Below, in pieces: positions 11,822-25,689 of a stretch of DNA of 64,000 bases; the stretch's first letter is position 1, and each line of letters opens with the position of its first letter. The stretch is taken from NCBI GenBank assembly GCA_964016885.1, contig OZ024758.1, positions 16,802,001-16,866,000 of the forward strand, in the 5' to 3' direction. Position numbers and translations under genes: made by a program. This stretch comes from Eledone cirrhosa. Taxonomy: Eukaryota. Below the pieces are notes generated by a model. It saw only the letters and a program-made list of their open reading frames with translations. It was not told the DNA's origin and made no database searches.

Positions 11822-13861
11822 TTCTACATAATCGGAACAGGTGCCACAAATCATCCCACTTGATTTCTTAATGATTCCGCCAACTACGGTTCCTGGATTT
11901 GTAATTTATATGTCGACTGTAAAAGAACACGTTGGCTTCAACGCGATTTGAATTCAGAACGCTATGGGCCGGAATAAATACTGAGATATTTACTCAGATG
12001 CTCTAACGACTCTGACTTTGTCGCCTATATATAGAGCACTCATTCGGAAAAGAAAGAGAAAAATATATTTCAAAGTTCTTGGGTAGACACCGAAATATAT
12101 CTGAAGATGTTGGAAAATAATGCGGCGATACAAAGCAAAGAAAAGAAACAGCATACGATAAATAGCTTAAGATATGACAAGTAGAATAGATATAATATAG
12201 GTGAGACTTTCAGAATGTACGATAGTATTTATTATTTTATTATTTAGGGGAGTTTTAACTGAATCTAAGCATACTGATATGGATATCATTTTAAAGATGT
12301 GCGGCTTTGCTGAAGGAAATTCCACTGTTATCAAGTTGCTATGTGGATCTGTAGAAGGAAATTAGATTGGTTTGGTAGGTGTTGGGAAAGCAAGGGCTAT
12401 ATATCCTTTCTATTCCGTAGCTACTTAATTGTAATTTGGTGGAGATATATCTAACTTTATGGAAGAGTTTAAAGAAAATAATAAATGTTAAGCTGAATTC
12501 TTCTCTTGTGGGGAATATTTCTTTTATTGTCACCCGTCTTCTGAACTATATCAATCAAAGTTAGACAGAGCTAATAGTGTGAAATTCCCATAGTATCAGA
12601 GAAGTCTATTATTATTAAGGTTGTATTTGATTGCTACAAAGGAAATAATACTATCTCTCACTGTTGCTGAGCTCAATGCATTCTCTGATTTTGTCAGGTT
12701 AAGAACAGAGTAAAGGAGAGAACATAGAAATAAAAAGAAAGTAAAGAAGGAAGGAAAAAAGTCAAATAAGCCGAAGAAAGAAAGAAAGATCGATGAATTG
12801 AATTAAACCAAATAGCAAAAGCAGCTAGGAGGGAACAATAATGTAGGAAAGTCCACAAACGCTATTGAATCAAACTGGAGTTCCTGTCATTTACATGCCT
12901 GAAATTATAAGCAAATAAAAGGGGAAAATGGAACTTTGCAAAAGTCATCACAGTAGCAAAGTCAACACTAAGACAATAAACAGAACTCTATTTGCCCTTA
13001 CAGTAAAGAAACATGCAATTTTAACGCAAAGCTGATGCCAGATTATTTGCCCAGCTTCAAGGAAAATTGCAAAGATGAGGCAAATAATTAGAATTATGTT
13101 TCTGATCGCTACTCAAAGATATCTTGGCATGAGAAAGAGAAATAAAATAACATGAAAATAGCGACTGAAAAATAATTCGTTGACCCTTCATTTCTCCTTC
13201 GTGTGTGTTTTACTATTTGATCCAATGACTATTTAATACTTATTTTCTTGATTCCTTTGCTAGTTTCTTTTACTAGTTTTTTTCTTTTTAGAATTACTTA
13301 TTTTGTAATTTTTCTTTCTTTTTTTTTTTTTACTCCTTTTTATAAGATCTCGTTAAATTTCTATTTTATGTGATCCTATAAAACCGCTATATAGCCATTT
13401 GGTGCTGAAAACGTTAGTTTAATGAGGTCGTGAATGACAGTGAAGCAACAGCTAGACAAGTAGATGTTGCAACGCTAACTTAAAAAAAAAATTTTTTCAA
13501 GTAGCAGTTCACATACTTTAAATATTTATTTATCTATTACATTTAGAAAGCTTCTAAAACATCTAATATAAAAGTATAAAAGAATAAAATTAGCAATTTT
13601 CTATAATATTAGGCTGAAGGACAATTTTATTAAAATGCAAGAGGTGTTATCGATTAAAACAACTTCAGTATCATACAAGTTTTTTGTTTCTTAATAAAAT
13701 CTGGGTGGTTAAATGCAACATCCAACACTTGATGGGAATTAAAAAGGGGATAGAAAGAAACAATACCGCATAGGAACAGCTCTTAATCCTGTTCGATCTT
13801 GATCATTTGCACAACACTTCAAACAAATTTGTAATCTGACGGTTTTAAACACTTAAATTGA

Positions 13862-13898
<37 letters not shown>

Positions 13899-13901
<3 letters not shown>

Positions 13902-14020
13902 CGAAGGAAATGTGGTAAGGAACCATAACGCAACAGAGTACTCAATACTTAGGGTAGTAGAGTGGGTAATAGGAAATTGTTCAAGACCCCGACGGCAGAG
14001 GTCAAGCCGTTTCGACGGCT
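13899..14020 (-). mobile_element. PLE-derived family H fragment in (TA)n
   Basis: Reverse complement of the right half of 42775-42973; truncated in the putative HHR stem II. Confidence 0.75.
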
Positions 14021-14499
14021 ATATATATATATATATTTGTTATCAATATGAATAAATATACCTTCAAATTAGAATTTTTCTCGGTTTGTGATCTGATTTC
14101 TTTATTTAGAGATAACACTAACACAGCGTGATTCAGAATAGAGGCGTATATAAGACCTGTCAACCTCTATAAAATCTAAACGAGAGGTACCATGAAAAAA
14201 TGGGAAGAAATTAGGCAAAATAGGGAGATTTTACATAATGAAAGCTATACCTATTTTCACAAGAGAAGACATCTCTCACCCACCCCAAAGTCGGTGGGAG
14301 ACCTCCCCGTCCGACGAGGAAAATTGACAAGCTTAGTATATCGATCCATACAGAATATGTTTATGTATAATAAACATACATAAACAGATCAGCATATTTG
14401 AAAGCTAAATAGGTGGTGTAAACATTCTTAAATATATATATAAGTTAATCGAATTAGCAAACATCTCTATATATATTTGAGCAACTTCCGACCTCACAC

Positions 14500-15060
14500 A
14501 ATGTGTGTGTGTGTGTGTAAAAGGAAGGAAGAGGATGGTGAAAAACTATAGCAAAACAGCAGTTGGTGTTCCATTTGCTTCGCTGTGTGTGAGTATATGT
14601 ATATGTCTTTGAATAAATGTGTATGAGTATGTTTGTGTGAATGTATGCGTGTGTTTGTTTAAATGTATGTGCATTTTTGTGAATGAATGTCTGTGTGTGC
14701 GTGTGCGTAAAAAGAAAGGGAATAGTGATAAACTATAGCAAAACAGCAGTTGGTGTTCCATTTGCTACGCTGTGTGTGAGTATATGTATATGAATAAATG
14801 TGTATGAGTGTGTTTGTGTGAATGTATGCGTGTGTTTGTTTAAATGTATGTGCATTTTTGTGAATGAATGTCTGTCTGTGCGTGTGCGTAAAAAGAAAGG
14901 GAATAGTGATAAACTATAGCAAAACAGCAGTTGGTGTTTCATTTGCTACTCTGTGCGTGAGTATATGTATATGTGTTTGTATAAATGTGTACGAGTGTGT
15001 TTGTTTAAATGTATGTGTATTTGTGTGTGTGTGGTGTGTGTTTGTACGTGTGCGTGTTTG
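14500..15060. repeat. ~185-bp tandem repeat, 3 copies
   Basis: AACTATAGCAAAACAGCAGTTGGTGTT at about 14544, 14731 and 14912. Confidence 0.85.
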
Positions 15061-15551
15061 CACATTTATAGTTTAGATACTCATAAATATAAATGTATGC
15101 ATATATATATATATATGTATATATATATATTCACATACACGTCAGGGTGTTGAAAAAAGTCTTAGTATATGATAATAAAAATACCCTAAGTAATATTTGA
15201 AAGAAAGATAAATAGATGTTGTAAACATTCTTAAATATACATACGTTTATGGTATTAGAAATTACATATGATAAGAGAAATACTGTAAGAAAATGAAATA
15301 ATATCTCACTTCAATGGATATTGGTTTTGAACATGCAATGTAAATGTAGAAATCAAACACTAAATCGCAAGAAATTGTTGATAACATCGCTGATATTTAC
15401 TTTAATTTATTTTATACTATTACGTTTTTATATTTAACCAGCTATATATTATCTCACTAAGACAGGAATTGGTTTATTTCTGAAAGATAAAATCATTTTT
15501 GCAGCGTCAAAAATTTGTTGATAAACGACAAAAAAAAAGCAAAAAAAAAAG

Positions 15552-15585
<34 letters not shown>

Positions 15586-16088
15586 CATTTTTTTCTTTCT
15601 TTTATTTTTGAGTGAGAAAGGTTTCTTCGTTTGAGAAATTTTCTATTTTTTTTCCTTAAATTAACTACTACTGTCATTCACCAGTATAATTCTGACATAT
15701 AGCTGGTTCCATTTGCTCCCTTCCAGCTTGACTGTCAAATCCTCTTGCCAGATAATGCTCTAGATGGTTTTCCAGGTGGAGTAATATGTTCTTAGTTAAT
15801 AGAAAATTCAGTTTGGAATTTGTTATTTCAGCATATTTTCTTCTTTGGATATAAATATAAAATTTTGTTACATAAAATTGGCAAATAATTTATTTTGCAA
15901 TAAGATCTACAGTTATTTGAAAAGACTACCTAATTATTCATACACTGGAAGAACATATGTAGCATTTACAATAAGTATACATATATATATGTTATGTATT
16001 TCTGTACGAAAGAAGAGTGCTCTATGTATAGTACAAAGCTATTTAATTATAATTAAATATAAATAAATAAATAAATAAATATATATAT

Positions 16089-16130
<42 letters not shown>

Positions 16131-16221
16131 TAGAACACTGATAGGTTATATGCGTAGTAGTAGAGCATTCAGTCCATGGAACGAGTTTGGTAGTAGTTCC
16201 ACAACAGTTAATTCACCATTT

Positions 16222-16262
16222 CCGAGAACAAATGTTTCACCTTAGTCGGATCATCAGCTCGG
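16222..16262 (-). ncRNA. type I hammerhead motif ~95 nt from a (TA)n junction
   Basis: Minus strand reads CCGAG-CTGATGA-TCCGACTAAGGT-GAAAC-ATTT-GTT-CTCGG. Confidence 0.75.
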
Positions 16263-16304
16263 TTTTAAAGAAAAATTATAGAAATCTAAAATCATACTGA
16301 AGCG

Positions 16305-16622
16305 AAAACCAAACTTAAAACAGTCAGTGTGTTTTCCTATATTTTTCTGGAAATATTCGGACAACTTGACCCTCCCCAAGTATAACAATATCCTTGTCTA
16401 TACGATTTCATATTAAAAAAACAAACAGTGAGTGTGTTTTCCTATATTTTTCTGGCAATATTCGGACAACTTTACCCTCCCCAAGTATAACAATATCCTT
16501 TTCAACACGATTTCATATAAAAAACCAAACAGTGATTGTGTTTTCCTATATTTTTCTGGCAATATTCGGACAACTTGACCCTCCCCAAATATAACAATAT
16601 CCTTTCAACACACGATTTCATT
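16305..16622. repeat. ~105-bp tandem repeat x3; a dispersed copy lies at 44540-44635
   Basis: Unit AAACAGTGAGTGTGTTTTCCTATATTTTTCTGGCAATATTCGGACAAC...CCCTCCCCAAGTATAACAATATCC. Confidence 0.85.
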
Positions 16623-17459
16623 AAAATAAACCTGGCAAAACAACTACACCGCCGCTATTCATATATCATTTTATTCGTGAAACAAAGAATAAACATCTTA
16701 TATGCCCCAAAAGAAAATTAATTCAAGTGCAATTATGCACACAAATTTATATGACTATACCTAACCTTAGATAATTACTCGAAATATCTGCTCGGAATTA
16801 ATTATCTAGCAATTAGGCAATATGAGTTTCAATGAGAAATTTCCAGAAAAATTTACATCAAATATTTCTTTCAAAAACATATTTTATTCCAATCCAAAGG
16901 GAAATTTTGAAAAATAATTAAGAAGTAGAACAAAGCCTTAGAAAATTAATAATCTCATATATTTCATTAATCTCATATATTTCATCTATTTGATATGCTA
17001 ATCTATTTCAGGACTCAGAATTTAACGAGAAAGAATATTCTCATTATATTTCTGGTAATATACGTATTGTTATGGTGATTTTTTTAAAGTCAGTTGGGTG
17101 TAATCTAATATTATAAGATTTTACTTTATTGTATTATATATTTGATGATATCATATATATTTTATGATATCATATGTGTTTTACGATATCATATGTATTT
17201 TACAATATCGTATGTTTTACTATGTCAGCCAATATAGATAAATGTAGATGTGTACGCACACAAGCATTTACACACACGCATATATACACATACACACACG
17301 CATATATACACACATACACACACATATATACACATACACACACATATATACACACATACACACACATACAAATATACCCATATACACACACACACATATA
17401 TACACATATATATATATATACACATATATACACACACATATACATACACATATACCCAT

Positions 17460-17492
<33 letters not shown>

Positions 17493-17496
17493 TATA

Positions 17497-17676
17497 AGAA
17501 AAGAATCAGGACCCCGACGGCTGAGCTCCGGGCGTTTCGACAGCTAGATTCAGCTGTCGAAACGGCCGGAGTTCAGCCATCGAGGTCCTAACTTCTATTA
17601 CCTACTCTACTACCCTAAGTATTGAGTACTCTGGTGTGTTATGGCCCACCTGGTATCTTACCACACCCTCTTTCTT
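17497..17676 (+). mobile_element. PLE-derived family H fold-back element
   Basis: Palindrome GGACCCCGACGGCTGAGCTCC...GGAGTTCAGCCATCGAGGTCC plus ~80-nt tail to (TA)n. Confidence 0.75.
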
Positions 17677-17693
17677 ATATATATATATATATA

Positions 17694-18113
17694 TAAGGGT
17701 CGGTTGAAAAGTTCATGAGCTGAAAGGTTCATAGGCTAACCAAGATACTCTCATGGAATGACCAAATGAGGTTTATTTCACAACATAGTTCTTGGGGAGG
17801 AACAATGAAGTTATTAATAAAGAGATGAAAATAATGGTTTCTACTTTTGGCACAAGGCCAGCAATTAAATCAGTATATTACTGGTACTTTATTTTATCGA
17901 CCCCGTAAGGATGAAAGGCAAAGTTAACCTCGACGGGTTTTGAACTCAGACCATAAAGGGTCGTAACCCTTTGCTGCAAAACATGACGTCCGACCTTCTC
18001 TACCAATATTGCCAATCCACCGCCCAAAGAGATGAAAATAATGCATGTAAGATACCACACCTCTTCTGACATCCCTTCACAGTGAGGCTATGTAACTTTT
18101 AGCCGACCCCTCG
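17694..18113. mobile_element. mariner-type MITE containing a SINE family 1 insertion (minus, ~17836-18025)
   Basis: TIRs AGGGTCGGTTGAAAAGTTCAT / ATGTAACTTTTAGCCGACCCCTCG resemble irritans-type mariner ends; the SINE is flanked by TSD AAGAGATGAAAATAATG. Confidence 0.75.
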
Positions 18114-18345
18114 CATGTATGTGTTTACAGGTGCGGACCCCACTCCCTCCTCAAAAAGAAAATTAAATGAAAAGCTCAATCAATACATAATATTGAAGCT
18201 AAACATATCTTTGTTAAGTGCCTGGTGTATTCATACATTATTCATATTCAGAACGAATCTAAATAGTTAAACGTATTTTTGTGGAAGGGATCCACTGGTA
18301 GTGCACAAATAAAGTTATACCTTTAACATATATACACATTATATT

Positions 18346-18530
18346 TGGATTGGCAGTATCGGTAGAGGGTCGGACGCCATGCTTTCCAGCGTGTTACGTC
18401 CCTTTACGAACTGAGTTCAAATCCCGCCGAGGTTGACTTTGCCTTTCATCCTTACGGGGTCGATAAAATAAAGTACCAGTAATGCACTGGGTATTTTGCT
18501 GGCTTTGTGCCTAAAGTAGAAACAATTATA
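18346..18530 (+). mobile_element. SINE family 1
   Basis: Head, core and tail. Confidence 0.9.
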
Positions 18531-18649
18531 TACATATATTTTATTTTATTTATTGGAACGATCGACTTTCGTCAAATCGGACCGAGGAAACAACGTTTCC
18601 GTTGGTCTTTCTAATTGCTAATACTGCCTATCGGTCGCAACTCCAGGTA

Positions 18650-18772
18650 GAAGGAGCAACGTGAAATAAAGTGTCTTGCTCAAGGACATAACGCATCACC
18701 CGGTCCGGGAATCGAACTCACAACCTCCCGATTGTGAATCCAATTCTCTAACCACTCAGCGACACGCCTTCA
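18650..18772 (-). mobile_element. SINE family 2, 5' part
   Basis: GGAGCAACGTGAAATAAAGTGTCTTGCTCAAGGA plus reverse B and A boxes. Confidence 0.8.
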
Positions 18773-18837
18773 CCAAAGCCACACGCCTTCACATTATACA
18801 CACACACACATATATATATATATATACACAGTGTGTG

Positions 18838-18891
<54 letters not shown>

Positions 18892-18920
18892 TTCACACAC
18901 ACACATATATATATATATAT

Positions 18921-19114
18921 AACAAAGAAAGTATGGTAAGAAACCAGGTTGACCATAACGCACCAGAGTAATCGATACTTAGGTTAGCAGAGTGGGTATA
19001 GGAAAAGAGTCAGGAACCCGACGGCTGAGCTCCGACCTTATGCAGTATGCTGGCTTAGTTCAGATCTAGCTGTCGAAACGGTCGGAGCTCAGCCATCGGG
19101 GTCCTAACTCTTTT
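18921..19114 (-). mobile_element. PLE-derived family H fold-back element
   Basis: Tail at the left after (TA)n; palindrome 19003-19114. Confidence 0.75.
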
Positions 19115-19487
19115 CGCGCGCGCGCGTGTAAATATACATTTGTAGATATAAAACTGTACATATAATATAAAAAACATACATATAATATATGTTTAGCAAT
19201 GTTGCTGAGGACGGAATGAAACTGGATAAGATTAATGTCAATAAATGAACTGAGAGGATAATAAAAAAAATAAAATCTTGCATAAATCCTATCTTATTAT
19301 TTCTCTGTATTAGCCTAATGACGTGCAACTTCCCAAGACTGATAATTCTATTCTTATTATGATATACCTGTTCAAGAACAAATGCCCAAATTATTCCGTG
19401 ACTGTAAAACCCTGCTGTCAATCACTAACAAAATTCTTGTTTTAGTCATCCGTAACAGAATTATTTCTGCTTTGTTAACCCTATTTA

Positions 19488-19625
19488 AGGCGGCGAATTG
19501 ACAAAGTGGTTAGAACGTCGGTTAAGAATTCTTTATGCTATCCGTTCTGGCTCTCTGAGTTGAAATCCCGCCGAAGTCAACTTTGCCTTTCATCTTGCCG
19601 AGGTCGATTAAAAAAAAAGTAGCAG
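19488..19625 (+). mobile_element. diverged SINE family 1
   Basis: GGCGGCGAATTG...GAGTTGAAATCCCGCCGAAGTCAACTTTGCCTTTCATC. Confidence 0.75.
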
Positions 19626-20907
19626 TCTAGTCTAGATTCTTCCTCAATATTTCTTTCTCATTTCCTCTCTCTTTTGCTTTCGATCTTTCTCTGGAAGAAA
19701 TCTCCTGTACTCAGGCCAGGAGAGGAATGGGCTCCGCCAGGCTTAAAATGCCCAAGAAACGCCGTATGTCAATACTGCGCCCCTACGACTATCAAGAGTT
19801 ACGGCACCATACGTACATATCGCTATTTATCCCGAATTCTTTTCATAGTAGAGAAGAAATTCAAGACTTTTAAAACCTTATTTGTTGACCTTCCGAATTT
19901 CATCTGCTCAACAATTCGCGATGGAGGCTGAATATTTCAACAAAAATATGCATTCTGAAGTTGATAATCAAAATCTTTATTCTTAGTTTTAACTTGACCT
20001 CTTTTCAAGATGATAGGCCAGGCTCTTTAAGGTTTAGGATGACCTGTCACACGAAGCAATTTCTGGAAAGTGCAATTTATCACCTTTTTATAATTTTCCC
20101 CAGATTGCTTTTGAAACGTCCAGTCTTATATTAATCACAAACTCCTCTCTACTATTCAAAATCAAATGGTTCTATCTCGGTACAAATTTGAAGTGAGCAA
20201 TATCTTCTGAACTTAATTTTATTGATAATTTATAATACTCCTTTAGACGTCTATTCAGGAAATAATGTAAAGCGCTTCGAAGCAGGTCAGGTACACATGT
20301 TGAATTAATTCACTAGCCATTATATCTGGTAGAGCCCGCCACCTACGACCCGTTCTGTAGTAGAACAGCTCTGCCAAGAATAATTATAATTTCAAAGGAA
20401 AAGTTCAAGATGATCATCTCCACGCACCCCCCCCCCCCCCCCCACATCAATCTACAGGTAGCATCATAGAGCCCACCACAATCTCCCATTACCCCTGTCT
20501 TTCTTCTGTGGCTCAAGAGACCTTACTTTTTCCCTCCCATTTATGGTATTTATAGTTCTTTCCTCTACTTTCCAATACAGCCAGATCTGTCCTTATTTAT
20601 CTCTTCTCTCTTTTCTCATTAATTAATTTTATCTTTCCTTTTCATATTTATGTAATAAACCCTGGGTTTTAAGTCAACTTTTGATTGTCAATGATATAAA
20701 AAATATCTGAATACTGAAAACAAGTATTTCTAACTTGGTTTTTGGGGTGTCATTGCCTGTCACATTCATTGATAAGAATCTATCATGGAATCCTGAATAA
20801 CGAAATCATTGTAAAATATTTCTCACTCTTTCGAAATAACTTTAGGCTTTACTTGCTGACAAAAGTTAGCATGATCCCAATTTGTATCTTCCAAATACTC
20901 CTTTATG

Positions 20908-21417
20908 ATAATTGTTTATGATATTGGCACAAGGCCAACAATTTTTGGGGAGGGGAAAGTCGATTAAATCGACCTCAGTGTATTACAGGTACTTTATTTT
21001 ATCGACCCCGTAAGGATGAAAGGCAAAGCTAACCTCGGTGCGGTTTGAACTCAGACCATAAAAGACAGTCATTCTATGCTGCAAAGCATGGCGTCCGATT
21101 TTCTGATACAGCCAGTCCATCGCCCTAATACTCCTCTCAGACTATAAAAGACCATAACTCTATGCTGCAAAGCATGGTGTCCGACGCTCTACCGATACTG
21201 CCAATCCACCGCCCTATACTCCTCTATGATAATGGTTTCTTATACAGGCACAAGGCCAGCAATTTTGGGGGAAGGGGAAAGTCGATTAAATCGACCCCGT
21301 AAGGATGAAAGGCAAAGTTAACCTCGGCGGGATTTGAACTCAGATCATAAAGGGCCGAAACTCTATGCTGCAAAACATGGTGTCCGACGCTCTACCGATA
21401 CTGCCAATCCACCGCCT
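20908..21417 (-). mobile_element. SINE family 1 cluster (two near-full copies and one partial)
   Basis: Repeated flank ATACTCCT(C/T)TATGATAAT; long-tail variant with GGGGAAAGTCGATTAAATCGAC. Confidence 0.85.
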
Positions 21418-22244
21418 TCATCTATGATAATGAAATATAAGTTCGTTGCACGAAACAAATAAGAATGCTGGGCATTTTTAATGTAAGTTATCGAAAGAAG
21501 TTTTATATCAGTGGCTGTGTTGTTCATGAATGTAAAATACTATACTTGCAAACATTCAAACATTTTTATTGTAAAATCAACATTGACAGGATTATCCAAG
21601 TAATCCAAACGGAAATGTCATTTTTACAATCGTCTGTTATCATGGGGAAATATCTGCTGCAAGACGTTTCGTCAGTGAATGATAAACATGCAATGAAATA
21701 TGAGAACTACTTCACAGGAAAAGACACAATACACACAATGTTCAAAGGAATCACTTGATAATCAATCTGGAAAAGAGTGGCGTAAAAATAAAATTCAGAG
21801 ATTTCTAGAAAGGGAAATCAAAACCGAACGCTGCATTGGTTAATTTCATTGAAATATATCTACGATAAATGTTTATGGCATGGTCCTGTAACTCTTGAGG
21901 GACTCTATGGGGTGCCGTATCGACATGCGGCGTTTCTAGGGCATTCAAGCATGGAACAACAGACGAAAAAGGATAATTAAATCACTCCTATACATACTTA
22001 ATAGTAGAAATAGAAGCTTTCGCTGTATTTTGACAAAAGATATTAGCCTGATAATGGGGTTTAAAACCCTCTAAATGGAAAAGGTTGAGTATTAACTAAA
22101 CCTCATCCTTTTCCATGCAGAAGGATTTAAACACCACTATCAGGCTAATTTCTTTTGTCAAAATACGGCGAAAACTCATTCTAAGCTAGGCACCTCATAT
22201 ACAGATTGCTCTTTTCTCTCTAAATTCTCTTCTGTTCTTGCATA

Positions 22245-22412
22245 TACAGGTAAAATTCCGTTATAACGAATTTTTCAGTATATCGAACATTTTTTCAATC
22301 CTCGGCCACACACTCAATGTGTTAGGTCGATCTAGTTATAAAGAATTTTTCGTTGCAACGAATTTTTTTAATATATACTCCGTAAATTTCGTTATAAAGA
22401 AATTTTACTGCA
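22245..22412. mobile_element. pogo/Tigger-like MITE
   Basis: TACAGGTAAAATTCCGTTATAACGAATTT ... AAATTTCGTTATAAAGAAATTTTACTG. Confidence 0.6.
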
Positions 22413-22769
22413 TAACTGTTCTTTTTACTACACGTGTTTATTCCAATCAAAATAATTATGTATACATTAACTACATTAACTCTATGGCCTCCATATTTCG
22501 GATTTTACCTTCCGGCTTTTAAATGTTAAATTATAATTGAACAACAATCTGCTTCATTTTTGAATAAATTGTTTAATTAATATTCAACAGGTAACATCTA
22601 CCATAACAGTTGGTTAAGGTAGATGGTTTTTTTTTTTTTACCTTTTTAATTATCGTCATCAACGTTGATGACGCCATCTTTAACGCCGACATTGCTGTCA
22701 TCGTCTGCCAACATTCTTACAGTGTTGCCTCTAGCGTTATCAAGACTGCATCCCTGCTGTTCCTCTGAG

Positions 22770-25115
22770 ATTATCATCATCATCATCATTATCGTCATCA
22801 TCGTCGTCGTCGTCGTCGACACCATCGTCAACATCATTACCATCATTACCATCACCGCCACCACCACCATCACCATCCTCACTACCACAATCCCCACCCC
22901 CCACCCCCACCACCACTATCACCACCATCATCTCTACACCCACCACCACCACCACTGCCCAAAGCTACCCTCACCCTACCACAACCCCCATCACCACCCT
23001 ACCACTACACTCAGCCCCCCCCCCCCCCCCACCATCATCTCTACACCCACCACTACCCCCACCACAACTGCCCAAAGCTACCCTCACTCTACCACAACCC
23101 CACCACCCTACCACTACACTCACCCCCAACACCACAACCCCCCACCCTACCACTCCCACCACCACCATTAGTACACTATCTACTACTTCTGTTACTGTCA
23201 GTGGCTCCAAGCTAGAATATTATCTCCTATCAGATTATGTTATACATCTTCCTGGCCCCACTCTATTCAAATGTACCTTTCTCTGTTTAAATCTTATTCC
23301 TTTCTTCTCGTCTTCTTTCTCTTTCTAAATATAGTATTTGATATCCTTGTTATTGTAGTTGTTATTGTTGTTGCTATTATTTCTGTTGTTGTCGTGTTTT
23401 TGTTATTGTTGGTGGTGTTGCTATTGTTGGTGGTGTTGCTATTGTTGGTGGTGGGGCTATTGTTGGTGGTGGTGGTGCTATTGGTGGTGGTGTTGGTTGG
23501 TGGTGGTGCTATTGTTGGTGGTGTTGCTATTGTTGGTGGTGTTGCTATTGTTGGTGGTGGTGCTATTGTTGGTGGTGGTGGTGCTATTGTTGGTGGTGGT
23601 GTTGCTATTGTTGGTGGTGGTGGTACTATTGTTGTGGTGGTGGTGCTATTGTTGGTGGTGTTGCTATTGTTGGTGGTGTTGCTATTGTTGGTGGCGGCGG
23701 TGCTATTGTTGGCGGTGCTATAGCCGGTGATGCTATTGTCGGTGGTGCTATTGCTGGTGATGCTATTGTCGTTGCTATTGTCGTTGCTATTGTCGTTGCT
23801 ATTGTCGTTGCTATTGTCGTTGCTATTGTTGCTATTGTCGTTGCTATTGTCGTTGCTATTGTCGTTGCTATTGTCGTTGCTTTTGTCGTTGCTTTTGTCG
23901 TTGCTATTGTTGTTGCTATTGTTGTTGCTATTGTTGTTGTTATTGTCGTTGCTGTTATTGTTATTGTTAGTGTCGCTATTGGTGTCATTGTTGTTGCCGT
24001 CAATGTTAGTGTTTTTTGTTATTGTTGTCATTGTTTTTCGTGTTATTATTATTATTGCCGTTATTTATTGTTGTTTTTATTGTCGTTATTGTTGCCGTTG
24101 TCATTGTTGTCATTACGGCTGTTGCTGTTATTATTGTTATTGTGGTTGTTATTGTTGCTGTTATTGTTGCTGTTATTGCTGTTATTGTCGTTTTTGTTGT
24201 TGCTGTTATTGTTGCTGTTATTGCTATTATTGTCGTTTTTGTTGTTGCTGTTATTGTTGCTGTTATTGCTGTTATTGTCGTTTTTGTTATTGTTGCTGTT
24301 ATTGTTGTTACCGTTATTGTTGTTATTATTGCTATTGTCATTATTGTTGTTGTTACCGTCGTTATTGTTGCTGTTGTTATCGTTTTTGTTGTTGCTGTTA
24401 TTGCTGTTGTTGCTGTTATTGCTGTTATTGTCGTTTTTGTTGTTGTTGCTGTTGTTATTGTCGTTTTTGCTGTTGCTGTCGTTGCTGCCGTTGTTGCTGC
24501 TGTTGCTGTTGTTGCTGCTGTTGTTGCTGCTGTTGTTGCTGCTGTTGTTGTTGCTGTTGCTGTTGCTGTTGTTGTTGCTGTTGTTGTTGTTGTTGTTGCT
24601 GTTGTTGCTGTTGTTGCTGCTGTTGCTGCTGCTGCTGTTGCTGTTGCTGTTGCTGTTGTTGTTGTTGTTGTTGTTGCTGCTGCTGCTGTTGCTGCTGCTG
24701 CTGTTGTTGCTGTTGTTGCTGTTGTTGCTGTTGTTGCTGTTGTTGCTGTTGTTGCTGTTGTTGCTGTTGTTGCTGTTGTTGCTGTTATTGCTGTTAGTCG
24801 TTTTTGTTGTTGCTGTTATTGCTGTTATTGTTTTTGTTGTTGCTGTTATTGCTGTTATTGTCGTTGCTGTTATTGTCGTTGCTGTTATTGTCGTTGCTGT
24901 TATTGTCGTTGCTGTTATTGTTGCTCTTATTGTTGCTCTTATTGTTGCTCTTATTGTTGCTCTTATTGTTGCTCTTATTGTTGCTCTTATTGTTGCTCTT
25001 ATTGTTGCTGTTATTCTTGCTGTTATTGCATTTTTGTTGTTGTCGTTTTTATTGTTGCTGTTGTTGTTATTGTTGCTGTTATTGCTGTTAGTGTCGTTTT
25101 TGTTGTTGTTGTCAT
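22770..25115. repeat. trinucleotide-derived low-complexity arrays (CAT/CAC, then GGT/GTT/GCT)
   Basis: Pure and cryptic triplet repeats with 12-15-bp higher-order units; ORFs are homopolymeric in all frames. Confidence 0.9.
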
Positions 25116-25367
25116 ATTTGTAGTTAATCTCTCTATTCTTTCCTAGAAATTCCATTACTAAAACGCCACCCGGAGCACTTTAGTTGGCCATATTGAAAAT
25201 ATTCAGTTAATATTAATGAATTGCTGTCTTTTATATTCCCCGGAGACTTCCCAAATATATTTACAACAAATCAGAAATAAGAATTCACACAGTTTTAAAA
25301 TTAAAGAAATTCTAATTTACTTTAATTTATTTCCAGTGTTTGTAGATTTTTTTAACATACTTTCTTA

Positions 25368-25464
<97 letters not shown>

Positions 25465-25689
25465 TGTCTGTCTGTCTGTCTGTGTCTGTGTCTGTGTGTG
25501 TCTGTGTGTGTGTCTGTGTGTGTGTCTGTGTGTGTGTCTGTGTGTGTGTCTGTGTGTGTGTCTGTGTGTGTGTCTGTGTGTGTGTCTGTGTGAGAAAGCT
25601 CACACCTATGCAGGTTTTGCTGGCCTCCTCCAAGGTACATCTCGTTGGAGGTGTATTGGGTAATTTAATGATAGGGACCCCAGTCCTAT

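Noticed and set aside
12060-12720. Possible decayed retroelement coding sequence
   Set aside because: No motif could be reconstructed in any frame by eye.
15680-15860. Open minus-strand frame (NILLHLENHLEHYLARG...)
   Set aside because: No convincing splice acceptor or homology.
16305-16622. CRISPR-like array (also 41930-42145 and 62840-62925)
   Set aside because: Whole units repeat without unique spacers, there are no cas genes, and the context is eukaryotic.
21465-21758. 97-aa ORF in unique sequence
   Set aside because: No recognisable motif; length compatible with chance.
22646-25155. Poly-Cys/Leu/Val/Asn/His ORFs
   Set aside because: Triplet repeats; no support for coding.
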